Shown piece by piece: positions 27,496-35,621 of a DNA stretch of 37,606 bases. The DNA is from Erysipelotrichaceae bacterium. GTDB lineage: Bacteria > Bacillota_I > Bacilli_A > Erysipelotrichales > Erysipelotrichaceae. Location: NCBI GenBank assembly GCA_049684955.1, contig JBAVGP010000188.1, forward strand, positions 1 through 37,606, in the 5' to 3' direction. The first letter of the stretch is position 1. Each line of letters opens with the position of its first letter. Made by a program: the position numbers and the translations under genes. The notes below the pieces were generated by a model. It had not been told where the DNA came from and did not search any database. It saw nothing but the letters and a program-made list of their open reading frames with translations.

Positions 27496-30400
27496 TTAAT
27501 ATCCGACCACGACTTTTTTGACGATCGAGAAATTACTGTAGACGCGCGATGTCCCGATGATCCGATAACAGCGGACTTTATAGTAATAGGTCGTGCCTTT
27601 CACCAATGTTATCTTGGTGTAGGAGAGATACGACGTCGTATATTGATACGTGTAGACGCCGGTGAGCGAGGTGGATCGATAGATTTCATAACGCGATGCT
27701 CCGGCCACGCTTGCCCAACTGGCCCGGATGCTTGTGGAAGAGAGCGAGACGACGCTGGTCAATGACGGTGCCGAGGGAACGGGCCGGGTCATCACGATGG
27801 CGGAGAACGCCCCGTAATAACGTGTCGTACCGACAGTCCGATATGCCCGGACTTTATAGTAATAAGCACGGTTGGTCGTCAGGTAACTGTTCAGATACGA
27901 GGTGGCGGTCGTCGTGGCGATCAGGTAATAGGTCCCTGTGCTGCTTAAAGCACGGTAGACCTGATACCCGCTGGCTCCCGGAATCGCGACCCAAGAAGTT
28001 CGGATCGAGGTATATGAGGAGGAAGCGACGGTCGCTTTCACAGTCGACGGAATCGGACGCATGCTGACGATCGCCGAATAGGATCCATATGCCTTATATA
28101 TGCCTTCGGCTTTGTAAGGTCTGACTTTGAAGTAATAAGCATACCCGGTAGTCAACCCGGTCGATGTATAAGTCGCCGAACTAACATCCCCAAGTTTTAC
28201 ATAGGTTCCGGTGCTTGAAGTCGCGCGATAGATTTCGTAGGTCACACCGGTCACTTGCGTCCAGCTGAGTTTGATACTGTTATATCCGGCTGACTCGGCT
28301 TTAAACGCAAGAACGGCCGATGGATTCGCAATCCATTTGGCATAGATCACCGTATTCTCAATCACCGCATCGCTTGCGAAATTCCATAATGTAGCAAAGG
28401 TTAGATCTTTGTACCATCCCGCAAACGTATATCCCGATTTTGTCGGTGAAGCCGGTGCGGTCGCTTTACCCAGATAGTTGAAGACCTTCGCGCTGATCGC
28501 GTTTCCACCTTGCGAGTCAAACCCAAACGTGTATTGATTGATCACCCATTTGGCATAGAGGGTCAAGTTCTGTGTGACATGTGAGGTGTCGAAATCCCAT
28601 GCATTGGTGCAAGTCGCTTCCTTATACCATCCCGCGAAAGTATAGCCGGTCTTTGTCGGTTGATCCGGCGAAACGAAGGTCGTATCGACCGGCACCGATA
28701 CTGCCCCTACCGCTGAGCCGCCTTGGGAATTGAATGTCACAAGGAACTCGCCTGTTTTCTGGATCGTGAATTCTATGCCGGATGCATTGCCCAATGCATC
28801 GGTTGCTGTAATGGTATAGGTTCCGCTTTCAGTGAACAATCCGTTTTGCGGCCAAGGATACTCCGCGGAATCCTTTATGGCGGAAACCGTGACGTTTGAA
28901 GTATCTTCGATCGTGACATTCAAATCATTCATGGAGGTGCTTCCGCTCGGAAGAATCGTTGCACCTTCCCATAGTGTGATTTGCGGGGCGAGGGTATCTG
29001 TCTCAACGACGCGGATCTGATATTCGTCGGTTTTATAAGCATCGCCGAAATAATCGTAAGTACTGATGTAATACGTTCCAGCCTGCAAGGTAAGCGAAGT
29101 TCTTTCCTCTGCTCCTTCCGAAGCATCGTCGATATATCGGATAGGTTGGATCGCCTCATCGTAGAGATTGATGACGATATCCTGAAGACCGTTCGGAGTC
29201 ACGATGATGGTGATGGAACTTGCCTGATATAGAGTGAATTTATAATAATCGTTATCCAGGGCCGGATAATTGCGCCCGGTCACATCCATGTTGGCGAGTA
29301 GCTTTGCCGCTTCCTTAACCGTATCGTTGCCATCGAATAAATCCGGTTCGGCGGCGACATCCAGCGCTTTTTTCGCATTGGTGATGCCGTACCCGCTGGA
29401 TGAATCCCATCCACGGACGGAAATATCGTCGGTTCCGGTAAACAAGATCTGCCGGATCTGATCACTCGAGAATTCGGGGTGTTCGCTTTTGATGAGCGAT
29501 GCGACAGCCGCGACCGTCGGGGATGAGAATGAGGTGCCGTTGAAATTCGCGAATGAATTGGTTCCGCCGGTGATGTTCGCCAGATAGACACCTTCTCCGG
29601 GAGCTGAAATTCCAAGCTGTGAACCTTCATTGGAAAAGGCGGAAACAAGGTCGGTTTTGTTGGTCGATCCGACCGCGATGACACCGGGATAAGCCGCCGG
29701 ATAGGAAACGAAGTCACCGTATCCGTCGTTGCCAGAAGCCGCGACGACGATGATCCCTTTATTCAAGGCATAATTGACCGCGACTTTTTCTGCGGGATCG
29801 TCCTCGTTTGAACCCAGGCTCATGTTGATGATATCCGCCCCGTGGTCAGCCGCCCAATAGATACCGGCGATGATCTGCGTGGAACCGGTCGTCGTAGATC
29901 CGTTTGGGAACACTTTTACCGGCATGATCGTGACATTCGGAGAAATGCCTGCGATACCGCTTGTATTGAGATTGGATGCGATCAAGGACGTGACCGCGGT
30001 TCCATGAAAGCTGCCTTCAAATGAATACTGCCCCGGATAGGTATCCTCAAGGATCGTCAAACCCGATGTATCGACCCCGTTCACAAATCCGTCGATATCC
30101 GAAAACGGACCGAAGCCTGTGTCGATGACGGCGATGATGACCGAGGATTCTCCGTGTGTGATATCCCACGCGGTTTCCATTCCGATTCTCTTGAGATTCC
30201 ATTGATAGGTGCTGTAATACGGATCCGTCGGTACGGAAAACAATCTGACTTCTTTATCCACATAGGCATTCAGAATCAATGGGTTTTTCTTGTATTTCGC
30301 GATGATTTTCGAGGCATCCGCACCTTGCGGGATTTCAATCGTCACTGTATCGATGTTGGCATATTTCCCGGTGATTTTTTCGCTGATCCCCGATTTATCC

Positions 30401-30672
30401 GCATCGTCGATGTTTCTGAACTTCAAAACGATCGTGTTGGTTTTATTTACGGGCTTTCCCGAAGCCTTATCCGCCGAAGGTTCAGCCGATTCTTTTGAGC
30501 CGATTTTAAAAGCACTCTGGCTGAAGCTTTTCTTTTCCAGCGATTTGTTAAGCAACGATGATTTACCGGTGTCCGGATTTATCGTATCCGTCCCTGAATA
30601 TCCGTTGACAACGGATGCACTCGAAAACAGTATCATGAATGCGATCAGTGAAGAAAATATTTTTTTGAACAT
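27496..30672 (-). CDS. Secreted multidomain subtilisin-like serine protease (S8)
   Basis: Domains in order:
- Signal peptide MFKKIFSSLIAFMILFSSASVVNG.
- Propeptide-like segment (IVLKFRN...ILNAYVDKEV).
- S8 triad: AVIDTGF (D184), HGTAV (H223), GTSFSSP (S381), plus the oxyanion residue in ASGNDG.
- PPC-like domain (aa ~445-555, DNDYYKF).
- Ig-like segment.
- Two Listeria-Bacteroides (Flg_new) repeats.
- Three FN3-like repeats.
There is a GAGGA RBS. I saw no LPXTG, SLH or choline-binding anchor. Confidence 0.9.
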   Translation of the reverse strand: MFKKIFSSLIAFMILFSSASVVNGYSGTDTINPDTGKSSLLNKSLEKKSFSQSAFKIGSKESAEPSADKASGKPVNKTNTIVLKFRNIDDADKSGISEKITGKYANIDTVTIEIPQGADASKIIAKYKKNPLILNAYVDKEVRLFSVPTDPYYSTYQWNLKRIGMETAWDITHGESSVIIAVIDTGFGPFSDIDGFVNGVDTSGLTILEDTYPGQYSFEGSFHGTAVTSLIASNLNTSGIAGISPNVTIMPVKVFPNGSTTTGSTQIIAGIYWAADHGADIINMSLGSNEDDPAEKVAVNYALNKGIIVVAASGNDGYGDFVSYPAAYPGVIAVGSTNKTDLVSAFSNEGSQLGISAPGEGVYLANITGGTNSFANFNGTSFSSPTVAAVASLIKSEHPEFSSDQIRQILFTGTDDISVRGWDSSSGYGITNAKKALDVAAEPDLFDGNDTVKEAAKLLANMDVTGRNYPALDNDYYKFTLYQASSITIIVTPNGLQDIVINLYDEAIQPIRYIDDASEGAEERTSLTLQAGTYYISTYDYFGDAYKTDEYQIRVVETDTLAPQITLWEGATILPSGSTSMNDLNVTIEDTSNVTVSAIKDSAEYPWPQNGLFTESGTYTITATDALGNASGIEFTIQKTGEFLVTFNSQGGSAVGAVSVPVDTTFVSPDQPTKTGYTFAGWYKEATCTNAWDFDTSHVTQNLTLYAKWVINQYTFGFDSQGGNAISAKVFNYLGKATAPASPTKSGYTFAGWYKDLTFATLWNFASDAVIENTVIYAKWIANPSAVLAFKAESAGYNSIKLSWTQVTGVTYEIYRATSSTGTYVKLGDVSSATYTSTGLTTGYAYYFKVRPYKAEGIYKAYGSYSAIVSMRPIPSTVKATVASSSYTSIRTSWVAIPGASGYQVYRALSSTGTYYLIATTTATSYLNSYLTTNRAYYYKVRAYRTVGTTRYYGAFSAIVMTRPVPSAPSLTSVVSLSSTSIRASWASVAGASRYEIYRSTSLTGVYTYQYTTSYLSYTKITLVKGTTYYYKVRCYRIIGTSRVYSNFSIVKKVVVGY
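27499..28326 (-). repeat. Three tandem FN3-like coding repeats (~91 aa each) at the S8 protease C-terminus
   Basis: The three repeats are aa 783-874, 875-965 and 966-1058. Each has the pattern S-x-[ST]-S-I-[KR]-x-SW..., Y-[EQ]-[IV]-YR..., S-x-TG-x-Y and YY[FY]KVR-x-Y. They are diverged at the DNA level. Confidence 0.8.
28327..28752 (-). repeat. Two tandem Listeria-Bacteroides (Flg_new-type) coding repeats in the S8 protease
   Basis: The pattern F-x-S-QGG...P-TK-[ST]-GYTFAGWYK...W-[DN]-F...-YAKW occurs twice, at aa 641-712 and aa 713-782. Confidence 0.75.
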
Positions 30673-30751
30673 CGTCGTATCCTCTTTCGTGAATCATGGA
30701 AACTTTCGCTGTTGAGTTGTATCTGGTATATCCTGGTGTTCGACTTTATTT

Positions 30752-30760
30752 ATTGTATCA
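30752..30760 (-). promoter_or_regulatory. Candidate extended -10 promoter (TGaTACAAT) for the S8 protease gene
   Basis: The minus strand reads gctaTGaTACAATaaataaag, about 80 nt upstream of the ATG at 30672. The -35 is poor. Confidence 0.3.
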
Positions 30761-30865
30761 TAGCTTTCACGCCGTATGCATTTCTTCTAAAAGTAATGAA
30801 CCTGCCCTATTGCGAAGGTTTACAGAGCAACAATCGGATTGAGATGATTTTACAGCCTTTATCAC

Positions 30866-30890
30866 AAAAAAAGAGAGAAATTTCTCTCCT
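30866..30890 (-). terminator. Rho-independent terminator after the ftsE-ftsX-M23 operon
   Basis: The minus strand reads GGAGAGAAATTTCTCTC (GAGAGA/TCTCTC stem) followed by TTTTTTTG, about 15 nt after the stop at 30906. Confidence 0.6.
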
Positions 30891-30905
30891 TACTGCTGTT
30901 AATGA

Positions 30906-32312
30906 TTAATTGTATCTTCCGCCGTAGGTGATACCGAATACATTTTCAGGACGCATCCGGCACGGCGCGCTGTTCCCGTTATAATCGCAGCGGTTCGCTA
31001 AGGTCCAACCGGCACCGAAGGCAAGATCGCCTCTCCAACGGTTCGCGTAATAGGCGACGGTGTTGGTTCCGAGATAGATGATTTCGATGTGGAGATGCGG
31101 TCCCGAGGAATTCCCCGAAGATCCGACTCTGCCGATGACATCGCCGGGACGTACGATCGTACCCATTTTTTCAGGCGTACCGGCCTGCAGATGCAGGTAG
31201 CGGATCGCATAGGAACGATTGTTGACGTTGACCATCAGATAAACCTGATTGCCTCCGAAAGCGGAAGCAGGATATCCGCACTTGTTGCCAAGGTAGCCGT
31301 AAGTAGGACATGCATCGGCCGAATAGAGGACGACGCCGTTGGCGACCGCATAGAGATTGGTGCCGACCGAAGCAGCCAAATCCGCTCCGAGATGCGTGCT
31401 CGAGGTCCCGGGATAATACCAAGTCCCCGAACTGACTCTGAAGGAATCACGGATCGGTGATGACCAGCCGGGTGAAGGTAGGATGGCGTTCAGCGCTTTG
31501 GAGATGGCTTTGAGGGCAGCCTGGCTGGCGGATAAATCAGCCGCGACCTGGTTTTCCATCGCTTCTAACGCAGCTTCCTGTTTCTGGAATTCAGCTAAAA
31601 TGAGTGCTGTGGTCGCTTTCAATCCCAATACTGTCGTCTTGTTGGTTTCCACATTGGCTTTATTGCTTTGGAGCGCCTCTTTTTGACGGACGACTTCGGC
31701 TTTGTCTTCATTCAGCAGACGGATCTGCTCATTCAGCATCTCCATCTGGGTTTTGTCATATTTCGTAATGTCGTTGATGCCCTCGACCCGCCGGATCAGA
31801 TCGGTGAAATCCTTGGCTCCCATGATGAAGTCGATATAACCGTTCAGACTGGCGAAGGATTGCATGTTGACCATGCGTTCTTTGACTTTCGCATCGATCG
31901 CATCGACGACTTTCGTGCGGTCGACGATCTGGACTTCCAGTTTCGCGATCGTCCCTTCGGATTCCGTGATCGAAGCTTCCAATGAAGCGATATCCGCTTC
32001 GAGTTGTATGACTTGGGCATTGTAATTGGCGATTTGGGCGGCATATTTGGAGATATTGGCGGCGATGTTCTTCATATCTTTTTTAATCGCTTCCAACTGC
32101 TTCTGTGCGTTCAGGGCTTTATTGTTGATGTATTGCTGGAACGCCAGGCAGACCGGGCGGTTCGCGGCACTTACATGCGATGAACAGAGGTTGTAATAGT
32201 AGGCTTCATTGCCCGGGTTGAAATCATACGTCGCCGCATTGATATTTTCCACAGGTGAAAAACCTAAGATCAGGAAACAGGTCAAGATAAGGACGAACGT
32301 TCTTCTTTTCAT
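30906..32312 (-). CDS. Secreted coiled-coil M23 (LytM-type) peptidoglycan metalloendopeptidase, EnvC-like architecture
   Basis: Signal/TM segment MKRRTFVLILTCFLILGF, then a ~200-aa heptad-rich coiled coil (AQIANYNAQVIQLEADIASLEASITESEGTIAKLE...). The C-terminal M23 domain has intact H-x3-D (THLGADL) and HxH (GPHLHIEI) motifs. I trimmed the start to the ATG at 32312, which has an ATGA overlap with the ftsX stop and a GAGGTGG RBS. Confidence 0.88.
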   Translation of the reverse strand: MKRRTFVLILTCFLILGFSPVENINAATYDFNPGNEAYYYNLCSSHVSAANRPVCLAFQQYINNKALNAQKQLEAIKKDMKNIAANISKYAAQIANYNAQVIQLEADIASLEASITESEGTIAKLEVQIVDRTKVVDAIDAKVKERMVNMQSFASLNGYIDFIMGAKDFTDLIRRVEGINDITKYDKTQMEMLNEQIRLLNEDKAEVVRQKEALQSNKANVETNKTTVLGLKATTALILAEFQKQEAALEAMENQVAADLSASQAALKAISKALNAILPSPGWSSPIRDSFRVSSGTWYYPGTSSTHLGADLAASVGTNLYAVANGVVLYSADACPTYGYLGNKCGYPASAFGGNQVYLMVNVNNRSYAIRYLHLQAGTPEKMGTIVRPGDVIGRVGSSGNSSGPHLHIEIIYLGTNTVAYYANRWRGDLAFGAGWTLANRCDYNGNSAPCRMRPENVFGITYGGRYN

Positions 32313-33202
32313 CGGTTCCACCTCAAGTGACGGGTAACGGAAATGAAGCTGCCGGTCAGACCGACTATAACGGCAAGTCCCGCCAAGATGCCGCTGACTT
32401 GGAATACCATCGGGAATATCGGACGCAGGATGAATAAGTTACTGACAAGCACTCCGTTGAGTGATGTATAGAGATATTGATAGCCGAAGATCGTGATGAG
32501 GATCGGCAGGATCGAACCCAGCAGGCCGATCAGTATCCCTTCGATCAAGAACGGGAAGCGGATGAAGTGATTCGTCGCACCCAAGGTACGCATGATATGG
32601 ATTTCGACCGAACGGGCATAGATGGTGATCTTGATGGTGTTGGAGATCAGGAAGATCGCCAAGAGGCTCAGAATCGTGACCAGAATCAATCCGCCTTTCG
32701 AGATGGAATCCATCATCGTTACGAGGCGGATGGTGTTTTCGCCGCCGTAGTTGACGCTTTCGATGCCTTTCAGCGTTTGGATTTTAGCGGCCAGGACATC
32801 CAATGCGGCCGATTTCTGCACATCGACCAGATAGGCGTTGCGCAGCGGGTTGTTTTCCCCGCGGTACATTTCGAAGATTTTCCCGTCGGCTCCGAAAGCT
32901 GCGATGAAGCGGTCAAGTTCGGCGTTCTTATCCGAAAAGGTCACTTTCTTGACGCCCGGGAGTTTGGTGATTTCCGTCTGCGTCGCTTTGATGACTTCCG
33001 TGGTCGAACTGTCGAGGATCTTCACATGGATCTGAACGCTTTCTTCGACGTTCTTGGTGATCTGCTGGATATTGAGCGTCAGCAGCAGGAACAGCGACAC
33101 AAGCAATAAGGTGATGGTGACCGCCGTAGCAGCCGAGACCGACATGGCGCTGTGTCGCAGGACGCCGATGAAGCCTTCTCTGATATGTCTTCCTATCTTC
33201 AT
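32309..33202 (-). CDS. ftsX: Cell-division ABC transporter permease-like protein FtsX
   Basis: 297 aa. It has one TM, a ~110-aa extracytoplasmic domain, then three C-terminal TM helices. RTLGATNHFIRFPFLIEG is FtsX-typical. There is an ATGA overlap with ftsE. Confidence 0.9.
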   Translation of the reverse strand: MKIGRHIREGFIGVLRHSAMSVSAATAVTITLLLVSLFLLLTLNIQQITKNVEESVQIHVKILDSSTTEVIKATQTEITKLPGVKKVTFSDKNAELDRFIAAFGADGKIFEMYRGENNPLRNAYLVDVQKSAALDVLAAKIQTLKGIESVNYGGENTIRLVTMMDSISKGGLILVTILSLLAIFLISNTIKITIYARSVEIHIMRTLGATNHFIRFPFLIEGILIGLLGSILPILITIFGYQYLYTSLNGVLVSNLFILRPIFPMVFQVSGILAGLAVIVGLTGSFISVTRHLRWNR

Positions 33203-33882
33203 TCGATATAACCTCCGTCGCGCAGGTCTGCCATGATGTGGCCGTCTTGCAGTGCGATGGTGCGTTTGCGGAAGGCATTCACGATACTGATGTCATGGGT
33301 GACGACCAGGATCGTGGTTTTCTCTTCTAAATTGATCTTCTCCAACAGGCGGATGATATCCGCCGATTTCGCGGGATCCAGATTACCGGTCGGTTCGTCG
33401 CAGATCAATACTTTGGGCCGATTCGCCAAAGCACGCGCGATGGCGACGCGTTGTTGCTGGCCGCCGGAAAGGTTGGCCGGAAAATCGTTGGCTTTATCCG
33501 ACAGATCGACCAGGCTCAATACTTCGCGTACGCGTTGACGCGCCTTGATCGTCGGCAGATTCGTAATCTCCAAAGCAAAATAGACATTCTCGAAAATCGT
33601 CTTGTGTTCAAGCAAACGGAAGTCTTGAAAGACGACTCCGATGCTTCGGCGATATAAGGGAATCTTGTGATGTTTCAGTTTTCCGATGTCGATCCCGCCT
33701 ACTTCGACGGTACCTTTCGTCGGTTTCTCTTCCGCGTCCAGCAATTTGATCATCGTGGACTTTCCCGACCCGGTAGGACCGATGATGTATACGAATTCCG
33801 CTTGCTCGATCAACAGGCTGACGTTATACAGCGCGTTGACTCCATTACCATAGGTCTTCGATACATCTTTGAATTTCAGCAT
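33199..33882 (-). CDS. ftsE: Cell-division ATP-binding protein FtsE
   Basis: MLKFKDVSKTYGNG, GPTGSGKST (Walker A), LSGGQQQRVAIARAL (signature) and VLICDEPTGNLD (Walker B). I placed the start at the ATG at 33882. The track start at 33906 is a TTG that overlaps the predicted -10 box. Confidence 0.92.
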   Translation of the reverse strand: MLKFKDVSKTYGNGVNALYNVSLLIEQAEFVYIIGPTGSGKSTMIKLLDAEEKPTKGTVEVGGIDIGKLKHHKIPLYRRSIGVVFQDFRLLEHKTIFENVYFALEITNLPTIKARQRVREVLSLVDLSDKANDFPANLSGGQQQRVAIARALANRPKVLICDEPTGNLDPAKSADIIRLLEKINLEEKTTILVVTHDISIVNAFRKRTIALQDGHIMADLRDGGYIE

Positions 33883-33905
33883 GGCTTCACATCCTATCTG
33901 CGTCA

Positions 33906-33914
33906 ATTATAGCA
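33906..33914 (-). promoter_or_regulatory. Candidate extended -10 promoter (TGcTATAAT) for ftsE-ftsX-M23
   Basis: The minus strand reads gaaaagTGcTATAATtgacgcagataggatgtgaagccATG. The -10 is perfect, with a TG extension, about 24 nt upstream of the ATG at 33882. Confidence 0.4.
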
Positions 33915-34012
33915 CTTTTCATTTTTATGAAAACCCCAAAGGAAAAAACACACTCTTTCACACACTACGCAATTCGCAATGTTTACTTCATCCTGTGTGA
34001 AAATTGAATGAA

Positions 34013-34041
34013 TTGCCACAAACGGAATATGGTGTTAAAGT
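34013..34041 (+). promoter_or_regulatory. Candidate sigma-A-type promoter for the sigma/anti-sigma/lipoprotein operon (TTGCCA-17-TAAAGT)
   Basis: The plus strand reads TTGCCAcaaacggaatatggtgtTAAAGT, about 75 nt upstream of the sigma factor ATG. I could not pick out a clear ECF-type AAC/CGT autoregulated promoter. Confidence 0.3.
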
Positions 34042-34117
34042 ATCCCTAATAAAAAAGAAAGCAGATCTTTGATGCAACTATTTGTTGATGAGCATCATCT
34101 ATCCATGTGAGGTCACC

Positions 34118-34633
34118 ATGAGCAACAAACACGACGACTTCGAGAAGATCTATCACGAGACCTTCACGACCCTCAGCAAGTACTTGTTGTTTCGTGTCGC
34201 ACAGGTCAGCGATATGGAAGATCTGCTTCAGAATATCTACTCGGACTTGTATCGCAAGGTTTTGCTGAAGAATAAGGAAGTCGACGATATGCATGCGTAT
34301 CTTACGCAGATGGCCAACAACGAGTTGAAACGGTATTATCGCTGGAAGAAGAAAGCGCCGCTGACATTGATCGACGATGAAGAATCTTCCTGGGTCGCGG
34401 ATATTCCGGATCCCTTGAATTCCGATTTGCTCGCGATCGAACGCGCTACCTCCGAGTGGGTCGAAACAGCCTTGAAGCGCCTCGAACTTCCCTTGCAGCA
34501 GATCCTGATCGCCAAGATCAAACTGGATCTGACCTTCGCGCAGATCGCCCAGTCGATGGGCGTCAACGAGAATACGATCAAAGCCAGATATTACCGTGCC
34601 TTATCCCGTATCCGGAAAGAAATGGAGGAATAA
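34118..34633 (+). CDS. ECF-type sigma-70 family RNA polymerase sigma factor
   Basis: 171 aa from the ATG at 34118 (MSNKHDDFEKIY), preceded by GAGGT. Region 2 is like EDLLQNIYSDLYRKV...YLTQMANNELKRYYR. Region 4 HTH is LTFAQIAQSMGVNENTIKARYYRALSRIRK. Confidence 0.85.
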   Translation: MSNKHDDFEKIYHETFTTLSKYLLFRVAQVSDMEDLLQNIYSDLYRKVLLKNKEVDDMHAYLTQMANNELKRYYRWKKKAPLTLIDDEESSWVADIPDPLNSDLLAIERATSEWVETALKRLELPLQQILIAKIKLDLTFAQIAQSMGVNENTIKARYYRALSRIRKEMEE

Positions 34634-34634
34634 C

Positions 34635-35600
34635 GTGAACCGACTGAAACAAAGCATCGAACAATCGTTTCTGGATGAAGACCGCGTTTTGCGCAACATC
34701 GAACGCGACATCGCAAAACGACGCCTCTTGCCTAACCGGACCGTCCTATCGATGGCAGCCGCGACCGTGATCCTCGCATTGCTGATCGGAACGGTCAACC
34801 TGTTGGTTCCCACCAATGTTATCGCAGGTGTGCTGACCGTCGATTTGAACCCGAGTCTGCGGATCGAATTAAGCAAGGACTACAAAGTAATGAAAGCCAC
34901 CGCGCAGAACGCGCAAGCCGAAACCATGGATCTGCGCATCTTGAAAGGTATGAAAATCCAGGACGCATTGAAAGAATTCGTCCGGCAATCGGTCAAGGAC
35001 GGATATATCGATACCCTGAAACTGACCGAGGATTACTTGTTGGTGACGACCATTTCACTCAACGGGAAAGATGAGACCTTCAATATCAATTTGAAAGAGA
35101 TCCTAGCCCAGCTTCAAAAAGAACAAAGTCTACTCAGCGATGTGCAGCTGGCTGTCATGAACGCCAAGGAACAAGACCTGCGTGAAGCCGATGCATCGGA
35201 TACCCCCTTATGGTTATATGTCCTCAGCGGAAAGAATCCCGATACCCTGACCTCCGCGACATCGAATGTCCAAGGATACTTCGAAGATTCCGCACTGAAA
35301 ACGAAATTCGAGACGGAATACGGTCAAGTGCTGGAAGATCAGCATAAAGTTTCGACGGAAGATATCCAGGAAGCGCTGGACGAGCTCAGCGAAGCCGGTG
35401 TCGACGTCACCGCCTATCGTGCCCGGCTCAGCCAAGCCGGCGTCGATCTAGACAAATTGAAGAACGAGTTGCTGATCCTGCTTGAAAAAGTCGATGAAGA
35501 GGAGAGCTCCGAAACAAATCAAAACGAAGTAGAGGAACATGAAGAGAAGAACGAAATTGGTAAAAAAGAAGATTCCGAAGCACATTCGGACGATGACTAA
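34635..35600 (+). CDS. Single-pass membrane anti-sigma factor (RsgI-like ectodomain start) with acidic His/Glu-rich C-terminal tail
   Basis: I placed the start at the GTG at 34635, which has GGAGGA 5 nt upstream and lies 1 nt after the sigma stop. The cytoplasmic N-terminus is ~40 aa with no HxxxCxxC zinc motif. The TM is LSMAAATVILALLIGTVNLLVP. It is followed by VDLNPSLRIELSKDYKVMKATAQN, which resembles the DINPS-x-EL segment of RsgI-type anti-sigma factors as I recall it. The tail is EEESSETNQNEVEEHEEKNEIGKKEDSEAHSDDD. Confidence 0.65.
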   Translation: MNRLKQSIEQSFLDEDRVLRNIERDIAKRRLLPNRTVLSMAAATVILALLIGTVNLLVPTNVIAGVLTVDLNPSLRIELSKDYKVMKATAQNAQAETMDLRILKGMKIQDALKEFVRQSVKDGYIDTLKLTEDYLLVTTISLNGKDETFNINLKEILAQLQKEQSLLSDVQLAVMNAKEQDLREADASDTPLWLYVLSGKNPDTLTSATSNVQGYFEDSALKTKFETEYGQVLEDQHKVSTEDIQEALDELSEAGVDVTAYRARLSQAGVDLDKLKNELLILLEKVDEEESSETNQNEVEEHEEKNEIGKKEDSEAHSDDD

Positions 35601-35621
35601 AAAAACAAAAGGAAAAACACG

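Noticed and set aside
30712-30909. A 65-aa plus-strand ORF with a hydrophobic N-terminus (CIWYILVFDFIYCIIAF) in the S8/M23 intergenic region. It could in principle be a small membrane protein.
   Set aside because: It has a TTG start and no RBS. It runs through the minus-strand promoter and leader of the protease gene and through the M23 terminator. Its composition is what an AT-rich spacer gives by chance.
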